IMG/VR virus record: IMGVR_UViG_3300027852_000039
Location: 11,761 to 75,760 of that record
Direction: 5' to 3' (one strand)
Length of the DNA: 64,000 nt
Origin: a virus
Positions 62,099 to 64,000 of this stretch are shown piece by piece. How positions within the stretch are numbered: the first letter of the stretch is position 1; each line of letters opens with the position of its first letter. Both the position numbers and the translations under genes were made by a program. Under the pieces are notes generated by a model. That model saw only the letters and a list, made by a program, of their open reading frames with translations, did no database searches and had not been told where the DNA came from.

Positions 62099-64000
62099 AT
62101 GTTTGTCGTCTATGAAAGTATCGCGGGACTGACGTCGACCATCACGGCGTCTTCGATCGCTGAACCATATGTCTCGCAGGTCCGAAAATACTCGGACGCT
62201 GTTACAATCAGCGCGGCATCAATGGAAGCGGCGGGGACGTTTGACGGACTGACCCGGTCGAATTATATGGTTGAGGTCACGGAGCTAGGCTCTGTTGTGG
62301 TCCCTGGAGATCCGAGCTACGAGTCCTATAACTTCGGACGCGGGTTTCTCATGCGATACCCGTATGCAATGCAAGCTTGGATTTCAGGAGGGACACAGTT
62401 CGACATTACGGACGAGGTCGCGGATAACTCGCAATTAACATCCTTGGACGGAGTTATTCCGGACTCAGACTCGTATCTTGTGATCGCTCAGGAGTACCCG
62501 TTCGACAAGTTCTTTGTCGGGATCTCTACCGCAAACGTCGATGCGTCTACGATGGGCGCTTACTATTGGGACGGGTCGACCTGGACAACGGTCGAGGATC
62601 TCGTTGACGGGACACAGTCCGGAGCGGTGACGATGGCGCTCGACGGACTCGTCGAGTTCACTCCTCCTGGAGCGTGGTTCAAGGAATTAATGAACGGAAT
62701 CGAGACTGCGCTCTATTGGTTGAAGGTAACGTTTACGGATGGACTAACCGGATCCGTTGATGAGGTAAAGCTAAAGAACCGACCGAACTTCTACAACTAC
62801 GATACAGAACAGACGTTCACGTTTGAGTGCGAGACGGTCGCCTCCGGAGCATCACAAGCGATCTTCTCTCTGACCGCATCCGAGGACGGAGATCTCGGTC
62901 AATTCGAATGCGGAGTTCAACACAGCGTAGACGGGGGATCGATCACCTTTAGAATATGGGAGAACCCGGATCGACCGTGGATGAACATCATTCGCGCAAC
63001 GGCGAATTATCAACCAGAAACGACGATGCCTGTTTACACGGTTTACACTCAACCGGACATAGTGTCCGCGATCGCAAACGACATGGCGCTCACGATCGCA
63101 TGGTACGGATCCCCCGCGCAATCGAGCAAGCCTCTTCCGTGGAACACTCCGGACAACGGTCTGATATATCATATCAAACAGAACAGCGCGCTTATGGCGG
63201 GAGGAAGAATGTACAGGAGCGCGACAGGTTTGACCGAGTGGACACGAGAAACATTCATCGACATGGTCAATCACGGATTCTATTATGATGACCACACGCC
63301 GGTTGACGAATATAACGATTATATTCCGTACGGAGACCGGATGTATAACAACCGCGAACCTGTCGGGACGTGGGATCAGGCGCTCTTCCATTATTGCAGT
63401 CTTCCAACGAACACCGATCCGCATATCATCAAGTACGCTCTTACCGATGGATCGACGACTAAGCTCGCGGACGACTCGACGGGAAAACAAGGGTCGAATC
63501 TCGGATACTGTTCAGCGGGGCAGACGCTCTATATCGTCGGACCCAATCGAGTGACGCTTTACAACATGTCGTCCGATACGTTCGTCGACGGCGACACGAC
63601 TGGACTGAACGTTGATGGGTGGACGAATCCGGTTGTTACTTACGACTATCTGAACGACCATCTGTATGTCTATGGAGAACAGAATGACGAGAACTTGATG
63701 ATCTATGATCCCGCGACTGACGGGTTGTCCGACATGTACGCAGTCGGAGATCTCGGAACGATCATCGGTATGTCGTTCTGGGAGACGACGAATCAGATCT
63801 TGATCTTCAGGTACGGAGGAGAACCCGTCGTAACATACAACATCAACGACGGAACCACGGGAGCATGGGCGGTCGGAGTTACCCTTGGAACTACAATAGG
63901 CTTTAATGAACCGGTCTGTGCGTTCAAGCCCGAGCCGATAGCAAAGAGAATCATCGCAGAATGGCGAGCGGGAACACTCGCCTTCGCAACGTTCAAGATC
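62099..64000 (+). CDS. tail/minor structural protein, 5' part (runs off window)
   Basis: GGAGG RBS, ATG 62099, YYWDGSTWT and beta-rich sequence; no stop seen. Confidence 0.75.
   Translation, partial: MFVVYESIAGLTSTITASSIAEPYVSQVRKYSDAVTISAASMEAAGTFDGLTRSNYMVEVTELGSVVVPGDPSYESYNFGRGFLMRYPYAMQAWISGGTQFDITDEVADNSQLTSLDGVIPDSDSYLVIAQEYPFDKFFVGISTANVDASTMGAYYWDGSTWTTVEDLVDGTQSGAVTMALDGLVEFTPPGAWFKELMNGIETALYWLKVTFTDGLTGSVDEVKLKNRPNFYNYDTEQTFTFECETVASGASQAIFSLTASEDGDLGQFECGVQHSVDGGSITFRIWENPDRPWMNIIRATANYQPETTMPVYTVYTQPDIVSAIANDMALTIAWYGSPAQSSKPLPWNTPDNGLIYHIKQNSALMAGGRMYRSATGLTEWTRETFIDMVNHGFYYDDHTPVDEYNDYIPYGDRMYNNREPVGTWDQALFHYCSLPTNTDPHIIKYALTDGSTTKLADDSTGKQGSNLGYCSAGQTLYIVGPNRVTLYNMSSDTFVDGDTTGLNVDGWTNPVVTYDYLNDHLYVYGEQNDENLMIYDPATDGLSDMYAVGDLGTIIGMSFWETTNQILIFRYGGEPVVTYNINDGTTGAWAVGVTLGTTIGFNEPVCAFKPEPIAKRIIAEWRAGTLAFATFKI

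Larger units (their letters stand above)
1..64000 (+). mobile_element. Tailed bacteriophage genome segment (HK97-type head, siphovirus-like tail)
   Basis: TerL, portal, prohead protease, HK97 capsid, head-tail, tail tube, chaperone and tape measure in canonical order; dense co-oriented small ORFs; no bacterial housekeeping synteny. Confidence 0.97.

Noticed and set aside
1-64000. Prophage boundaries, integrase, diversity-generating retroelement, introns or inteins
   Set aside because: No integrase, reverse transcriptase, host genes, att-like repeats or intein termini recognised in this window

Overview
The window is a 64-kb segment of a large tailed dsDNA phage genome (HK97-fold head, siphovirus-like tail with no sheath gene seen). 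Essentially every credible gene is on the + strand in genetic code 11. About 1-33 kb is an accessory/early region of many small ORFs. It includes DUF5131, a RuvC-like resolvase, a DNA polymerase beta-clamp, two radical SAM enzymes, an NDP-sugar epimerase, a CgeB-type glycosyltransferase, a Ycf46-AAA/DUF1257/DUF2997/DUF3150 module, ParB-N and DUF1643. It also holds a compositionally foreign small-gene island (~10.5-13.05 kb) and a structured non-coding region (~14.7-15.3 kb). About 33-64 kb is morphogenesis: TerS-like, TerL, portal-MuF, prohead protease, major capsid, fibre-like protein, head-tail proteins, amidase endolysin, a glycosylation cassette (three GT2 genes, an RGP/GT75-like protein, a methyltransferase, AdoMet decarboxylase), tail genes and tape measure. 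The most unusual signals are: (1) a recurrent, mostly C-terminal peptide RR[IV][IV]RP shared by unrelated proteins including the portal and TerS-like protein; (2) degenerate copies or fragments of the phage's own head-assembly proteins in the accessory region (catalytically dead prohead protease, portal clip and stem fragments, TerS-like HTH), possibly decoys; (3) a repeated junction motif in the foreign island; (4) a repeated hairpin GGACCGAAGAGTCC in the late region; (5) signal peptides on virion-module proteins. All family assignments come from motif recognition by eye; no database searches were run.
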